Under the pieces are notes generated by a model, which saw only the letters and a program-made list of their open reading frames with translations, ran no database searches and had not been told where the DNA came from. Shown here one piece after another: positions 12,660-24,516 of a stretch of 64,000 nt of DNA. This DNA is from Zancudomyces culisetae HAW-14-8. Its lineage: Eukaryota; Fungi; Kickxellomycota. Location: NCBI GenBank assembly GCA_052426225.1, contig JBNJNM010000006.1:2604001-2668000 (forward strand), written 5' to 3'. Each line of letters starts with the position of its first letter. Within the stretch, counting starts at the first letter, position 1. The translations under genes were made by a program, and so were the position numbers.

Positions 12660-15026
12660 TTAACACTCATCATCAGCATGGCTATTTTCGTCCTCCTCAT
12701 TTTCGTTTACATTTAGGTTTTCAATAGCAGAAAAATTCATCTGTTTCTGGCGTTGTCGCAGATTCCAGCTTAGGGAAGTTTCCAAGCTCTCAAACCAGCT
12801 AGTCATTGGGTCTTCAAAGCTTGCAAGGATTGGAACGGAGTGTCTAGATGCAGTAACAGAGATATGATCACCTCTGCTTAGCTCAATACGGTTTCGCCCA
12901 TCGAAACTGACCCAAGCAGTGTTACGGCTGTCAGGAGGTACTTCTACCTGTAGCTCTATGGTGTCAGGAACCAACATAGGCCGGAAAGACAGAGTGTGTG
13001 GGCATATTGGTGTTACTAAGATCGCAGGAATCTCGGGATGTACAAGTGAGCCTCCGGCGGCCAGGGAATATGCTGTTGACCCAGTAGGAGTCGAAAGAGA
13101 CAATCCATCAGCTTGCACAGTCGTCAAGTGACGCCCACTAGCATACAGCTCCAGTACAGTGAGGAATGGGTTGAACCCTCGGTCTATTACCACCTCGTTC
13201 AGCACGTGGTATGTCTTATCTTTAACCCATAAATCTCCTCTACCATACATTTCCTTGCTGATAGATGTCCTGGCTTGTTTAGGCGTTTCATAGTGATCAT
13301 CTGTTGATTCAGAATCAAAAGAGCCTAGTGCTCTCCGCTCCCTTCTGCTTCCAGCTCTAGTTGTACCCTTTTTCGTAGACAGTGCAGACAATGGCGAACT
13401 GATGCTTACAAAGCTTCCCTGGTGGCTTTGGCCATAGTCACTAAGAGTGTGATTAGCGAAATTGTTATCGGTGTGAATACCCAACCCTCTGCCGCTAATA
13501 TGCGAAAAGGTTCTTGGTTCACACGACTCGGATCTGTCCTCATTTCCTCTTTGACGCCCACTTAATCCGACTCGGTCTCTTCCTAGCATGGCCTGCAGAT
13601 GACCGTGTTGATCAGCACTATTCATATTCCGCCTTCCCGTACGCCTTTCAGCTCCCCTCATTGATTTTGTTGATCTCGTTCTCAAAACTCCAACTGGATC
13701 ATGCGAAAACGTTCCATTTTCTTCCGGTGCCTCTGGCTTTTCCCCAAAGTTTTCGTCGGTATGTAAATGGCCCTCCTGTGAATCCGATGTATCTCGTCTA
13801 TGCAACTGGTTTCTTCGAGTGCTACCAGACCTACTTACTACCGACCTTGTACTGGGTGAACGACTTAGCCCCCTCTTTGACCGCAAAAAGCTCTGCGCTC
13901 CAATAGCCCCAGAAGCATTGCCCAGCGCCTGTTGATTTTTTTTCTCTACTCGATTCATATGAGCATTTTTTGCCTTTGAAAATTCCTCCCGTCTTAAAAA
14001 CTCTTTGTCTGCTATTCTATGAACTGTAACCTCAAACCTCATTCTCAAATCTACATATACACCTGTGTTGATTGCCTTTTTTAATACTTGTCTCGCCTGC
14101 TTCACGTCAAAAATAGTTAAAAATCCCAAAGACCCCAAAGCGAACGGTATTATTACAGGAACTGATCCTTGGAATAACCAGGATGTGTATAGCAGTGTAC
14201 CATCACCGCCCAATGTCACTGCAAAATCAAACCGGTCCGGTTGCTCTGCGCACAGTTCAGCTGTCCAGGGTTTTAGTCTCTCGGCTGCCTCTGGGTTTTT
14301 TTGAATCACACGAGCCAGATTAAACTTTCTGTCTTCATAGACTACTTTGTCAATGTACACTGTTAGTCCACTTGGGCACCCTGAAAAATGCGTAGTTATC
14401 AACCACACTGCTAGATCTCTCGTCAAACTAATAAGCGTTTCATCACCAGGCTTTGTCACTATCATACATTCAGATTTATTTATCAGCTTGACCTTGGAGT
14501 TTGTCAGTTTTTTGGTCATTGATCGCACAGATTCTGTGGTTTTTAGTAGTTTCTCTGTTTTCCACTCGCTAAAGCACTTGAGTTTTCCCCCATCTTCAAG
14601 CAGATCTTCAATAACTATCTTGCAGGCTTCCGTTTCTACCTTCTTTTTCTCGGCCTCTATAAAGGTACTTTTGTCATCGTCGCTGAATACTTTTCTCTGT
14701 TTAACCCTTTCTAAGGACTCCAATTTGGTATCCCTATTTTCACCTGATAGTTCCACCTCCTCCACCCCCCTCAGATCCATCATTTCCATCAGCCTGTGGA
14801 TCCCTGTCCCAGGATTTTGTTTTTCAGCTTCTACGGAACTCCCTTCCATTGTTGTAGGCTCCTCCTCAAAACTGCCCAATGTGCCACTCTGCTTTTGCCC
14901 CGGTTTTTTGATGTTTATTGGTTTTATCTCCTTGCAAGCAGCAATTTGTTCATCATTTAGGGATACTGAGCTTGAACCCCTGTGTTTTCTGTTTATTTTT
15001 TGGTGTACCACTACGCCTGATCTCAT
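12660..15026 (-). CDS. NAD(+)/NADH kinase (Utr1/Yef1-like)
   Basis: TLGGDGTLL, GSLGFLT, LNEVVIDRG, QADGL..STPTGSTAYSLAAGG and TPICPHTLSFRP motifs. Confidence 0.95.
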   Translation of the reverse strand: MRSGVVVHQKINRKHRGSSSVSLNDEQIAACKEIKPINIKKPGQKQSGTLGSFEEEPTTMEGSSVEAEKQNPGTGIHRLMEMMDLRGVEEVELSGENRDTKLESLERVKQRKVFSDDDKSTFIEAEKKKVETEACKIVIEDLLEDGGKLKCFSEWKTEKLLKTTESVRSMTKKLTNSKVKLINKSECMIVTKPGDETLISLTRDLAVWLITTHFSGCPSGLTVYIDKVVYEDRKFNLARVIQKNPEAAERLKPWTAELCAEQPDRFDFAVTLGGDGTLLYTSWLFQGSVPVIIPFALGSLGFLTIFDVKQARQVLKKAINTGVYVDLRMRFEVTVHRIADKEFLRREEFSKAKNAHMNRVEKKNQQALGNASGAIGAQSFLRSKRGLSRSPSTRSVVSRSGSTRRNQLHRRDTSDSQEGHLHTDENFGEKPEAPEENGTFSHDPVGVLRTRSTKSMRGAERRTGRRNMNSADQHGHLQAMLGRDRVGLSGRQRGNEDRSESCEPRTFSHISGRGLGIHTDNNFANHTLSDYGQSHQGSFVSISSPLSALSTKKGTTRAGSRRERRALGSFDSESTDDHYETPKQARTSISKEMYGRGDLWVKDKTYHVLNEVVIDRGFNPFLTVLELYASGRHLTTVQADGLSLSTPTGSTAYSLAAGGSLVHPEIPAILVTPICPHTLSFRPMLVPDTIELQVEVPPDSRNTAWVSFDGRNRIELSRGDHISVTASRHSVPILASFEDPMTSWFESLETSLSWNLRQRQKQMNFSAIENLNVNENEEDENSHADDEC

Positions 15027-16538
15027 CTTATATCCAATTTGTCTTTACTGCCTATTGATTGTTATACAGCCAGCTATTCTTACGCTCTTTCCAACTATTG
15101 TACTTTTGATTCTTTAAGTAAAAAATACCACAGTAGTTCTACCTATTGCTGTCTATTGATATATATTCGACTATATTGATAATAAAAATACTCCTAAAAT
15201 ACAAAGCTTAACGAGTATATAATCTAAAACGCATTCAAGGCTTTTTCTCTTCATTCAATATCTGTAGCTGTTAATAAAATTTTTAGGCTTTTTATCTACT
15301 TTTATATTACAAAAATTCTTCGTTTTTTAACTTGATATTGCTAGCTAAATTTGCTAAAAAAAATCTCATTATTTCCCGAACTAATTACTCCAGTCTTCTC
15401 CTTAGTTTAGCATTGGTAATTTTCAGTATGCAAAAGCCCTCGAAAGACTTTTTTTTTTTAGTGCCAATAAATACCCATAGATTGATTCGATTTAGCATGC
15501 TTGAAAACATAGGCAAATCAAATTACACTTTTTTTAATTGAATTGAATGGTAACAGGCTTGGAGGTAATAAATGCTTTTTATTACGCCAATAGAAAGCAT
15601 GCTCTAGGTATGAATATTCTTTTTATTACCAATAATGGTTAGCTTCTGTATTGCTGACCAAATACAATTGAAGACAATCTTAGAAACGTGATTATTATTA
15701 ATGTTGTTTGAAATGCCTCGAAAAAAACCAACTCTCCAATGGATTTTAAGCGATAAAGATCTCCCATCAAATCTCCGCTGTTTTCTCACTCCATTATTTT
15801 CTTTTTTTTGGACTGATAGCACCTGGAGACCTGTTTATTTTTGCTTTGCTGTGAAATTCAAATAAATGCCAATTGTAAACTACCCTCCGCCCGCTAATTC
15901 CCTATTTAAATCTACCACAAAAATCACTACACAATATTCAAGCAATAAAAACCATGATTTGGCCAGCTAATGTTAGATCAGAAGCAATAGAGCAAATTGG
16001 ATGTTAAAAAACACTTAGTTTTGCAAGCAATTTTAAATCAATAAAAAATATATCCAAATTATATACTGGTGTTATATTGATAAATATACTATACTACTAA
16101 TAAAAAAAATCCTTTCCACTCAACTAGACATACCCCTTCAACTCAAGTATGTAACATTCAAAGAAAACCACCAAGCTGAATATTATGACCAGATGAAACT
16201 ATGCGCACAAACCTTGCTTCAGATTGATTTTAGTCTCCGTGCTCACTCATCGCCACATTCCCACTTGTTTATTTCCATATTCTCGTTCTATATCAATACT
16301 ACTATAGTACACATTTTAGACCAAAGATATCAATCTCAGTGTTCCAAATTATGTCACACAATGAAAAAAAAATTTTTTTTTTGCAACAATGTGTCCATTC
16401 AGATTGTCTAAAATATCTATGTGGTTTTTCCCTTTTCTTTTAGCATAGCATTTATTAAAATACTTCCATAAGCTGTACCACTAGCAAATATTGCTACAAC
16501 ATATATCTAATGTAAGCTATGGGTCTTTCATTTAGAAA

Positions 16539-16572
16539 CATTTGTCAGGTTGGTTGCCCAGCCTGACAAATG
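16539..16572. repeat. Isolated 15-bp-stem hairpin
   Basis: CATTTGTCAGGTTGG-ttgc-CCAGCCTGACAAATG; one G-T pair, otherwise perfect. Confidence 0.8.
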
Positions 16573-17678
16573 ATAAAAAATACGCACAGCAATTATGAAC
16601 AATCTGATAAAAAGACAGAATATACAGAAATATAGCAGCTCACAATTCTTTTATACGTATTTTCGTCGAGACCATTATTAAGTTTAGGAGGGATCATTGA
16701 CAACATATATCCGTATTGGGCAATTAGGTTTTATTGTCCGAAAAATACATAAATATAAAAAACTGCCAAAATTAGACATCCTGATAATACTCAAGTACCC
16801 ATAAAGCATTTTTGGTCATATTTTAATAACACAAGAAACTTGTCCTTTGTTTTATAAGCATCGATAAGGGGGAAAAGCAGGGGCAAGTGGAGGTGAACAA
16901 AAAAAGTCACAATACAAAGAATTACTGATGACAAGGCTGGTACAGAATTTCACATTTTATTTCGAAACATTGACACACTACGTTATCGATGAAGTGATCT
17001 TGTGGGTCACCTGTCAGGTCTGAGAATCACAACTATCCAGCCAATTAAAGTATCGACGTATATATTCATCTTTATCCATGGTATACATTTATGCATTTGT
17101 ATTGGCTTAAATCTGGTTTATAATTTAGGTTTGTGCTGAAAAGCGTTACTTGGATCTATATATTTTCCACAACGTGAAATTATAGACAGTGCGACTAGTT
17201 GTTTTGTCAAAGGCACCAAGTGCGAATACAAAAAAAAAACTGGAACAAATAATAAAAGGCTCTAGATACATGTATCTATTTTTATAAATGCAATAGACTA
17301 GCACCATGTACACTTCCAGTTGCACTGGCCACCATATATACTTTAGAGGGGACGTTACACCTCTTCTTTTATTCATAATACAACTTGGTTAAAACTTGTT
17401 TGTTTTCGAAATAATTGTGAATTACATTATTTGCTATAACAAAAACTGTAGTTAATATTTTATGCAAACCAAAAGACATGTTTATTAGAACAAAGATAAA
17501 AAGTCATGAAAATCAGCGCTTGACTTTTAGATGTTTCTAATAAAAATAAAAAAATCATAAAAGAAACAAAATACCATGTCAAAATACGCTAGTATGTGGA
17601 GAAAAAGTGAATCCAGCGGTCAGGATAGCGAATTTAGACTCGCTGAAATATAACCCTGTTTCTCGTGTGGCTGTGATC

Positions 17679-18104
17679 CTAATTGAATGAGCTTGGAGAA
17701 TCCTCATCAAAGGAGATTGTACCATTGAATGTACCTGTGAAGTCACATTCGTTTATTGGCTTACCAGAGCAGTCATCATCAGTGATGCTTGCAAAGTCGT
17801 ATATCTCTGTTGTGGAACCAGCAATGTACAAGAAGAACTGCTTGTTGTCAAAAGAGATGTGTGCGTTAGTAACTCCTGAGTCGAATACACAGTCTTCTGA
17901 AGTACAGTCGGGATCTGACTTGTAAAGTTTTATTGAGTCCTTGTATATACGTCTTCCATCAATAGCCAAGTAGAAATCCATGTAGTCTGGGTCTGAGGCG
18001 CTGGTTGTTACTGATCCTTTGAAGGATTTTCCATCATAAGGTCTACTACGTGCACCAGCGACGGAAAGAACTTGCAAGATTGTGGTAAATACAAACAGCT
18101 TCAT
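17679..18104 (-). CDS. Small secreted Cys-containing protein, unknown family (paralog A)
   Basis: 141-aa intronless ORF; signal peptide MKLFVFTTILQVLSVAG; 4 Cys; homologous to 20582-21040. Confidence 0.85.
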   Translation of the reverse strand: MKLFVFTTILQVLSVAGARSRPYDGKSFKGSVTTSASDPDYMDFYLAIDGRRIYKDSIKLYKSDPDCTSEDCVFDSGVTNAHISFDNKQFFLYIAGSTTEIYDFASITDDDCSGKPINECDFTGTFNGTISFDEDSPSSFN

Positions 18105-18879
18105 TTTTCTAGGTTTTTGTGTGGTGTTTTTCTTTGGTGTTGTTGTTTACTTTAAACTATGATTTAGTTTATGCCTGTACTTTTAGATTGTACTTGTGGT
18201 TGTTCTTGTCCCTAAGACTTTGTTGCTTTTTTGCTTTGTGTTTGCTATGCAAATTGCTATGTGAATGAGTTGATGATATTTTTGAGAATGTGCGAACTTT
18301 GTTCCATATTTATATCTAAAATCGTCATATTACCCGGGTATAGTACTTTAAAATATTTTTAAACTATTGTTATAACATGAGGTTATGAAACCATTATAGC
18401 AAAGTTTATATTTAGACACTTTTACAGTTTACGCTTTATGGTTATAAAGAAAACGTCTAGTTTTGTAAGACTACAGTAATGATTACAAGAGAACAAACTT
18501 GGTATGCTAATGGAGTTCATTTAGTTGTGCAGCCGAGCTGTACTGATTTATGCTGTACTAAATATAGATGCACCAGCTACTAATATATTTGTAATCGCAA
18601 AAAATCTATTTTTGTAAATGGGCGTTCTAAAGCAGCAATTGAGATTACCCAAGATTATAACAAAAAAAAATGTCTAAAATTAACCGATGCTTGTACTTTT
18701 ATGTAAATGCTAGTAAGTCGGCAAGTGTCTAAATAAAGACATTACATAACAAAATAAAGCATGGAAATTACATACAACCACAGTAGAATAGAAGCAAAAG
18801 CTAAAAATGGAAACATGGGGATATGGGGGATGGAACTCCGTGATATATTTGAAGACAGTGTAGTGAAAATGGTGTGTGA
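18047..18879 (-). repeat. Left arm of 833-bp inverted repeat (promoter + 5' UTR + signal-peptide exon part)
   Basis: Reverse complement of 19807-20639 with no net indel (coordinates sum to 38686 at both ends); I noticed about 3 substitutions. Confidence 0.97.
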
Positions 18880-19806
18880 GAGCATATGCAGTGTCAAGTT
18901 TGTTTATTTGTCTAGTTTTCGTTGTCCAAATTCACGAGCCTGGATCAAAATATAATATCCATTTCTATAGTACTTGAAACACTTCTAAAATATGCTACCT
19001 ACTCAACATGTAGCTTGATGTGATTTAACATGGGCTTATTAGCATACAATCTTGACCTCCAAGGCAAGAATTACTTTAAAATTACCGTACATAATGTTCA
19101 CGTTGTATGCAACCAAGATTGAACGAATGTAGGTTAAGTACGGGATGCCTCGGAAGTTTGCTTTTTTTACCTAACTGTCCGTACAGTCTATTCTATTTGA
19201 TTGGATTTTTTTTTGATATGGGGCGCGGTCTTAATGAAGTAAATTCAAAAATGCCATCCGGTTAATATCATTGACTTTTTTTTCGAGTTTGCTAAATTTT
19301 TTGCAATATTAAGCCGACCAGTACCTTATAATATACCCAATTTGATATAACTTTATCAATGTTCATAGCATATGGATTAGGTTGTGTACTCTAGACAACG
19401 TATAATGTGATATAATTTGTTAATCTGTATGTACTACATATACTCTGTTAGTCTGCATTACCAAGTTATATTTTGGTAAAAGCAGAATGCGATGGCACGC
19501 AGAAGATTCTATTACGTGAAAGAGATCATCTTTTTAGTATTTGTAGATTTCTTATGGCTAACAATTTTAAACTAGTTTGCAGGGTTTTTTCGAAGCATGT
19601 TAGATAAATGAGCATTTTAAAGGGGAAAATTCCAATCCTATAATTTGTCTAGGGGTCTAGAGCTTATTTGTTTTTATTAGCAAACTACATTGATAGGATG
19701 GTATCTTCTAATAAATCTTTATCTTTTTTGGATTTGTATAGCTGTCCAGTAGCAATCATTTAAAAAGTATTTTCTTAGACTTCTAGTTTATACCTTTGCA
19801 AGTATG

Positions 19807-20639
19807 TCACACACCATTTTCACTACACTGTCTCCAAATATATCACGGAGTTCCATCCCCCATATCCCCATGTTTCCATTTTTAGCTTTTGCTGCTATTC
19901 TACTGTGGTTGTATGTAATTTCCATGCTTTATTTTGTTATGTAATGTCTTTATTTAGACACTTGCCGACTTACTAGCATTTACATAAAAGTACAAGCATC
20001 GGTTAATTTTAGACATTTTTTTTTGTTATAATCTTGGGTAATCTCAATTGCTGCTTTAGAACGCCCATTTACAAAAATAGATTTTTTGCGATTACAAATA
20101 TATTAGTAGCTGGTGCATCTATATTTAGTACAGCATAAATCAGTACAGCTCGGCTGCACAACTAAATGAACTCCATTAGCATACCAAGTTTGTTCTCTTG
20201 TAATCATTACTGTAGTCTTACAAAACTAGACGTTTTCTTTATAACCATAAAGCGTAAACTGTAAAAGTGTCTAAATATAAACTTTGCTATAATGGTTTCA
20301 TAACCTCATGTTATAACAATAGTTTAAAAATATTTTAAAGTACTATACCCGGGTAATATGACGATTTTAGATATAAATATGGAACAAAGTTCGCACATTC
20401 TCAAAAATATCATCAACTCATTCACATAGCAATTTGCATAGCAAACACAAAGCAAAAAAGCAACAAAGTCTTAGGGACAAGAACAACCACAAGTACAATC
20501 TAAAAGTACAGGCATAAACTAAATCATAGTTTAAAGTAAACAACAACACCAAAGAAAAACACCACACAAAAACCTAGAAAAATGAAGCTGTTTGTATTTA
20601 CCACAATCTTGCAAGTTCTTTCCGTCGCCGGTGCACGTA
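19807..20639 (+). repeat. Right arm of 833-bp inverted repeat
   Basis: Mirror of 18047-18879; a unique 927-bp spacer lies at 18880-19806. Confidence 0.97.
20372..20377 (+). promoter_or_regulatory. Putative TATA box of the duplicated promoter (mirror copy at 18309-18314 on the - strand)
   Basis: TATAAA ~210 bp upstream of the ATG, followed by an A/C-rich leader. Confidence 0.55.
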
Positions 20640-21040
20640 CCAGCTCGAAGAAAAAGACCTGCAACTTCGATGGCAATGATTTTGAAATCTACATTGGTGC
20701 TGATTCAAACGATATGGGAAGCGTCTACTTCCGCTACTCTTTCGATGGAACATGGAAAAACAGCAAGTGGGCCTTCAAGTCAGGCAATGGCTGCTGGAAA
20801 AGGGACTGTAAAATCAGTGCTTATAGTTGTGGTGAGGTTGGTAACTGCGCTAGTTCTGATACCACAGACCTTCCTATCATTACATTTAATGAGGATGAGT
20901 TCTATCTCACGATAAATGGATGCAAAACCGAAACCTACACCTTCGAAAGCTTTGAAACTGAGGACTGTGATGACGACCGTCGCTCAATCTACAGCTGCGG
21001 CTTCTCTGGATCATACAAAGGAAAAATTTCATACAAATAG
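20582..21040 (+). CDS. Small secreted Cys-rich protein, unknown family (paralog B)
   Basis: 152-aa intronless ORF; the same first 19 aa as paralog A; 8 Cys; shared motifs F/YDG..F, F...DG, KS...C...DC, I.F....F.L.I.G..TE.Y.F, DC...I..C.F.G...G.IS. Confidence 0.85.
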   Translation: MKLFVFTTILQVLSVAGARTSSKKKTCNFDGNDFEIYIGADSNDMGSVYFRYSFDGTWKNSKWAFKSGNGCWKRDCKISAYSCGEVGNCASSDTTDLPIITFNEDEFYLTINGCKTETYTFESFETEDCDDDRRSIYSCGFSGSYKGKISYK

Positions 21041-22713
21041 GTTTTTAGAACCCTTAATTATGATCTTTTCTGAAGATTTTGGTATTTCTGCACTCCTAGT
21101 CTTTGCTTACTTACTTAGCTCTGTGGGAGCCTTGAATAAACTTATCATCCCCTTTTGATGTTCGCGACTTTTCTTTTTTTTTCTCTCCTGTTCTTTTTAA
21201 AAAAATTACAGGATATACAATTTGGATGTAGAGTTTTGACTTATAGTTAAATTGAACAGGCATTTTTTTTGCATGTAAAGGGTTTCGTTTACTTTGAATG
21301 TATCTTATCACGCTGAAGGCTTAGTGATATGATCTGATTGTAATATTAGCTGTTTTGATGAACTCAAACCATTTTGTGGTATACAAGTGTTCCTATTTCA
21401 CTTTTTTCGTTAAAATACAATAACGCTTTTCAATAGCACTTCCATTAACATGGAGTAAATCATTAGAAACAAATGCACTTTACTACTCTGCTTCTACCCC
21501 GATAGCTACTCAAGTGCTTGTGTTTATTATGGAAATTTGTAGTTACTTAAGAGGGGAGGACGATTGTCAGCATAGGTATTTCCTCTGATTATTTACTTTT
21601 ATTGGTAGCGTAAACAAAAATTGTATACTCGAAAAGAAAAGATAATGATACAACTTGTTCGGTTCTAGTTTATTGTAATATTGTACAATAATTGTGCTAT
21701 TCATGTTTACCCCTACTAATGGGTTTACGATTTCCCTTTTGTTCCATTTATTTAATTGCTCAACTGGATAGAAATACATATAGACAATATTTTTTTAGGA
21801 GGGTAGGGGGGGGGGGGGGTGTGATGATTAAAGAGATGATATCTGGCCGACTTTTTCAATTCCAAGTTTATTGTTTTTCCAAAATTTGTTAAACAATTAA
21901 ATTTTAAAATGCAAATTTAAAGAAAAAAGATTACACAGATTTAATGGGTAAAATAGAACAAAAAAAAGTTTTAATTGTTTAGCTGTACTTTAACAATATA
22001 ATTTTGCGATTTGAATGAACAAGGAGGATACTAAAAAAAGAAAAAGAAAACAATACAACAAATCCAGATTGTAGAATGAATAGGAGTGACGGATAAAATT
22101 AAAGATTTCAAGATTATATTATTTTAAAACTTAGAATTCAAAACAATAGTGATATTGTTCAAAATGAATAATGAATGAAATGTAGGAGTTAGCCAGAAAA
22201 ACAGTATACATTTCTATTGCTTTAACTCGTATTGATATCGGCTTTTAAATATACTTAATAACACCTTCAAGTGTTGGCGCGGTTTCATGGAAACGTATAT
22301 AAGTCACGGAAAGTTTATTATGCAAAAAAACTAAATTCCATTCTGATAATAACTCTCAAGGCAATCTGAAGCATAATTTCAACATTTTTTTAATAGATCT
22401 CTACCTTTTATTCATAATAGCATAGAAATAGCTATTAGGAAGTCGTCGTATTTAAAACATTCACTAATCAAAACGGAAAATTAAATCATAAACCGACTCG
22501 AGAAATTAAATATATAGCTAGAAAAAAAAAGAACTATCTCTAGTAACCAGCAGTATATTTAACTACCCCTCCAAAAGAAGCAACTAAAAGCACCTCGAGA
22601 CTTAAGTTGTAAATCAGAACCTAAAGAAATCCACCCTTATCCCCCAAACTTCACTAACTGTATTTATCCTTTTCATATTATCAGTTTTAGTGTATAAACC
22701 TTAGATATCTAAT

Positions 22714-24516
22714 ATGGATCAGTTTCATATTAAGGGGAACCAAGAGCGTTTAAACCGGTTGCATTTAGAAGGTAGAAATACCAAGGGTTATTTTGAAAAC
22801 GATCATAACAACGTGGGAACTTCAGCAAACGCTCCTTTCATTAATTATCAAAACGTATTTGATAAAAATCCCTATCGTATAAACGAAATTGATGCTATCA
22901 ATGCAATAGAAAACATAAATACAATATCCGCGATAAATAATGATATACTTGCACTGCAAGTAGGGAGTGTAAACGCAGATAGTCAACAAGATTCACAAAT
23001 TTACAATTTTAAGACGAGTGATTTGCCCTTATTTAGTGATGAGTCGGTGTGTAGCAGTACTAACTTTGATAATACCACGATATTCACAGAGAATGTAAAT
23101 AAACTCGCTGGATTAACGCTGGATACAAACAAAAAACTTTCGGATAAAACAAATTACAATCTTGTCAACTATAATGAAGAGCTTTTCAGCAAAATTTTTG
23201 ATAAAAATCCAAATCCATTTCTGAATGTTGGTTTTTATGGAGATGCTAATCAAGTTTTAGAAAAAAATCAAAAGCCAAGCTACGGATTTGGTGATAAAGT
23301 GGAAGGAGGCATAATTTTTACACCACAGCCTGACATGCAGATTAATCATGATACAATATTTACTACAAAGAATAAGGATGTTGGGATATTATCAGCCACT
23401 CTTGGAAGTGACATAAATGATGCGATGCATAACAATGAGGTTGATACCTTTATCAAAAACTATGAGATGCTCGATGCCCAGACACTCACACTTGGGTCCT
23501 CTGGTATTACTGGTATTAGTTCTGAGCGTGTAGATCAAACACATACATTACAAACAGTTATTCCAGCTGGTTTCAATTTTAATCATGAAGGGATAAATAG
23601 ACAGAACCACTTCAAAAATGATGCTGAGCATGTGCTGTGGAAGTATGAGCCACAGTATTCAAGGAGTTTAAACTCAACACCCAATTCTCTTCTTTTTTCA
23701 AAAAAACCTCCCAGAGGAAGAAGGGTGGGATCAAAGAGCACAAAGAGTAAGGATATGATCAACGCGATACTGCAAAACAAATTTAACCCACAACTAATAA
23801 ATGCAGCAATGCGTAAAACTAACTTTTGTAATGCCAAAACTACAGCAAGCGATAGTGGTCTTCAGTACAAAAATAACATCTACATACCTAGATACCCTCC
23901 AACAAGCACTGAACCTAATGCTTCTGATAATCCAATACCGAAGTTTAACGGTTTAGTACAGGTTGGGATGGATCATTTAAACGTATGTGACGTTGCAGTA
24001 ACCAAGAAGCAGGTAGATAATTATACTGAAATAAAGTCACTTGTATCAAGCAAAAAAAATCTGGGATATGAAATAAAAATCCTTGACGATAAAGCAGCAC
24101 CTTTTGCTGGACAGCTTCTAAGAGAGAATCTTTTATCTGGAAACGATCTACTGTCATATATAAACCTGATGAACCCACCAAATTTCAAGCTAAAAAAAAT
24201 AAAGGGTCGGAATCCCAATTCTGATTTTGAATGTCCTGTTGAAAATTGTACCTCAAAGTTCAAGAAGTTGTACAGTTTGAAGTCTCATATATTATCCCAT
24301 TCAAGCCTGAGACCGTTTGAGTGCAAATATTGCGGTGTTGCCTTTACTCGAAACCACGACTTGAAACGGCATATAAAAATCCACACAGGCGACAAGCCGT
24401 ATACATGTGAGTTTTGCTTTCGAGGGTTTGCTAGAACTGATGCACTCAATAGGCATTACTCAAGCGGCTCCTGTTGTGCCAGAAAAGTTACTAAGGTTTC
24501 AGAAACACATCTTTAG
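22714..24516 (+). CDS. C2H2 zinc-finger transcription factor with three C-terminal fingers; Crz1-like recognition helices
   Basis: FECPVENC...HILSH, FECKYC...RNHDLKRHIKIH-TGDKPY, TCEFCFRGFARTDALNRH; Asn-rich N-terminus. Confidence 0.9.
   Translation: MDQFHIKGNQERLNRLHLEGRNTKGYFENDHNNVGTSANAPFINYQNVFDKNPYRINEIDAINAIENINTISAINNDILALQVGSVNADSQQDSQIYNFKTSDLPLFSDESVCSSTNFDNTTIFTENVNKLAGLTLDTNKKLSDKTNYNLVNYNEELFSKIFDKNPNPFLNVGFYGDANQVLEKNQKPSYGFGDKVEGGIIFTPQPDMQINHDTIFTTKNKDVGILSATLGSDINDAMHNNEVDTFIKNYEMLDAQTLTLGSSGITGISSERVDQTHTLQTVIPAGFNFNHEGINRQNHFKNDAEHVLWKYEPQYSRSLNSTPNSLLFSKKPPRGRRVGSKSTKSKDMINAILQNKFNPQLINAAMRKTNFCNAKTTASDSGLQYKNNIYIPRYPPTSTEPNASDNPIPKFNGLVQVGMDHLNVCDVAVTKKQVDNYTEIKSLVSSKKNLGYEIKILDDKAAPFAGQLLRENLLSGNDLLSYINLMNPPNFKLKKIKGRNPNSDFECPVENCTSKFKKLYSLKSHILSHSSLRPFECKYCGVAFTRNHDLKRHIKIHTGDKPYTCEFCFRGFARTDALNRHYSSGSCCARKVTKVSETHL

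Noticed and set aside
16858-17275. ~138-codon + frame interrupted only by TGA codons
   Set aside because: No similarity to mitochondrial or selenoproteins; one such stretch is plausible by chance in this much intergenic DNA.
18880-19806. Transposon interpretation of the long inverted repeat (TIRs around an internal region)
   Set aside because: The spacer has no substantial ORF, the arms end inside host coding sequence, and no target-site duplication was seen.
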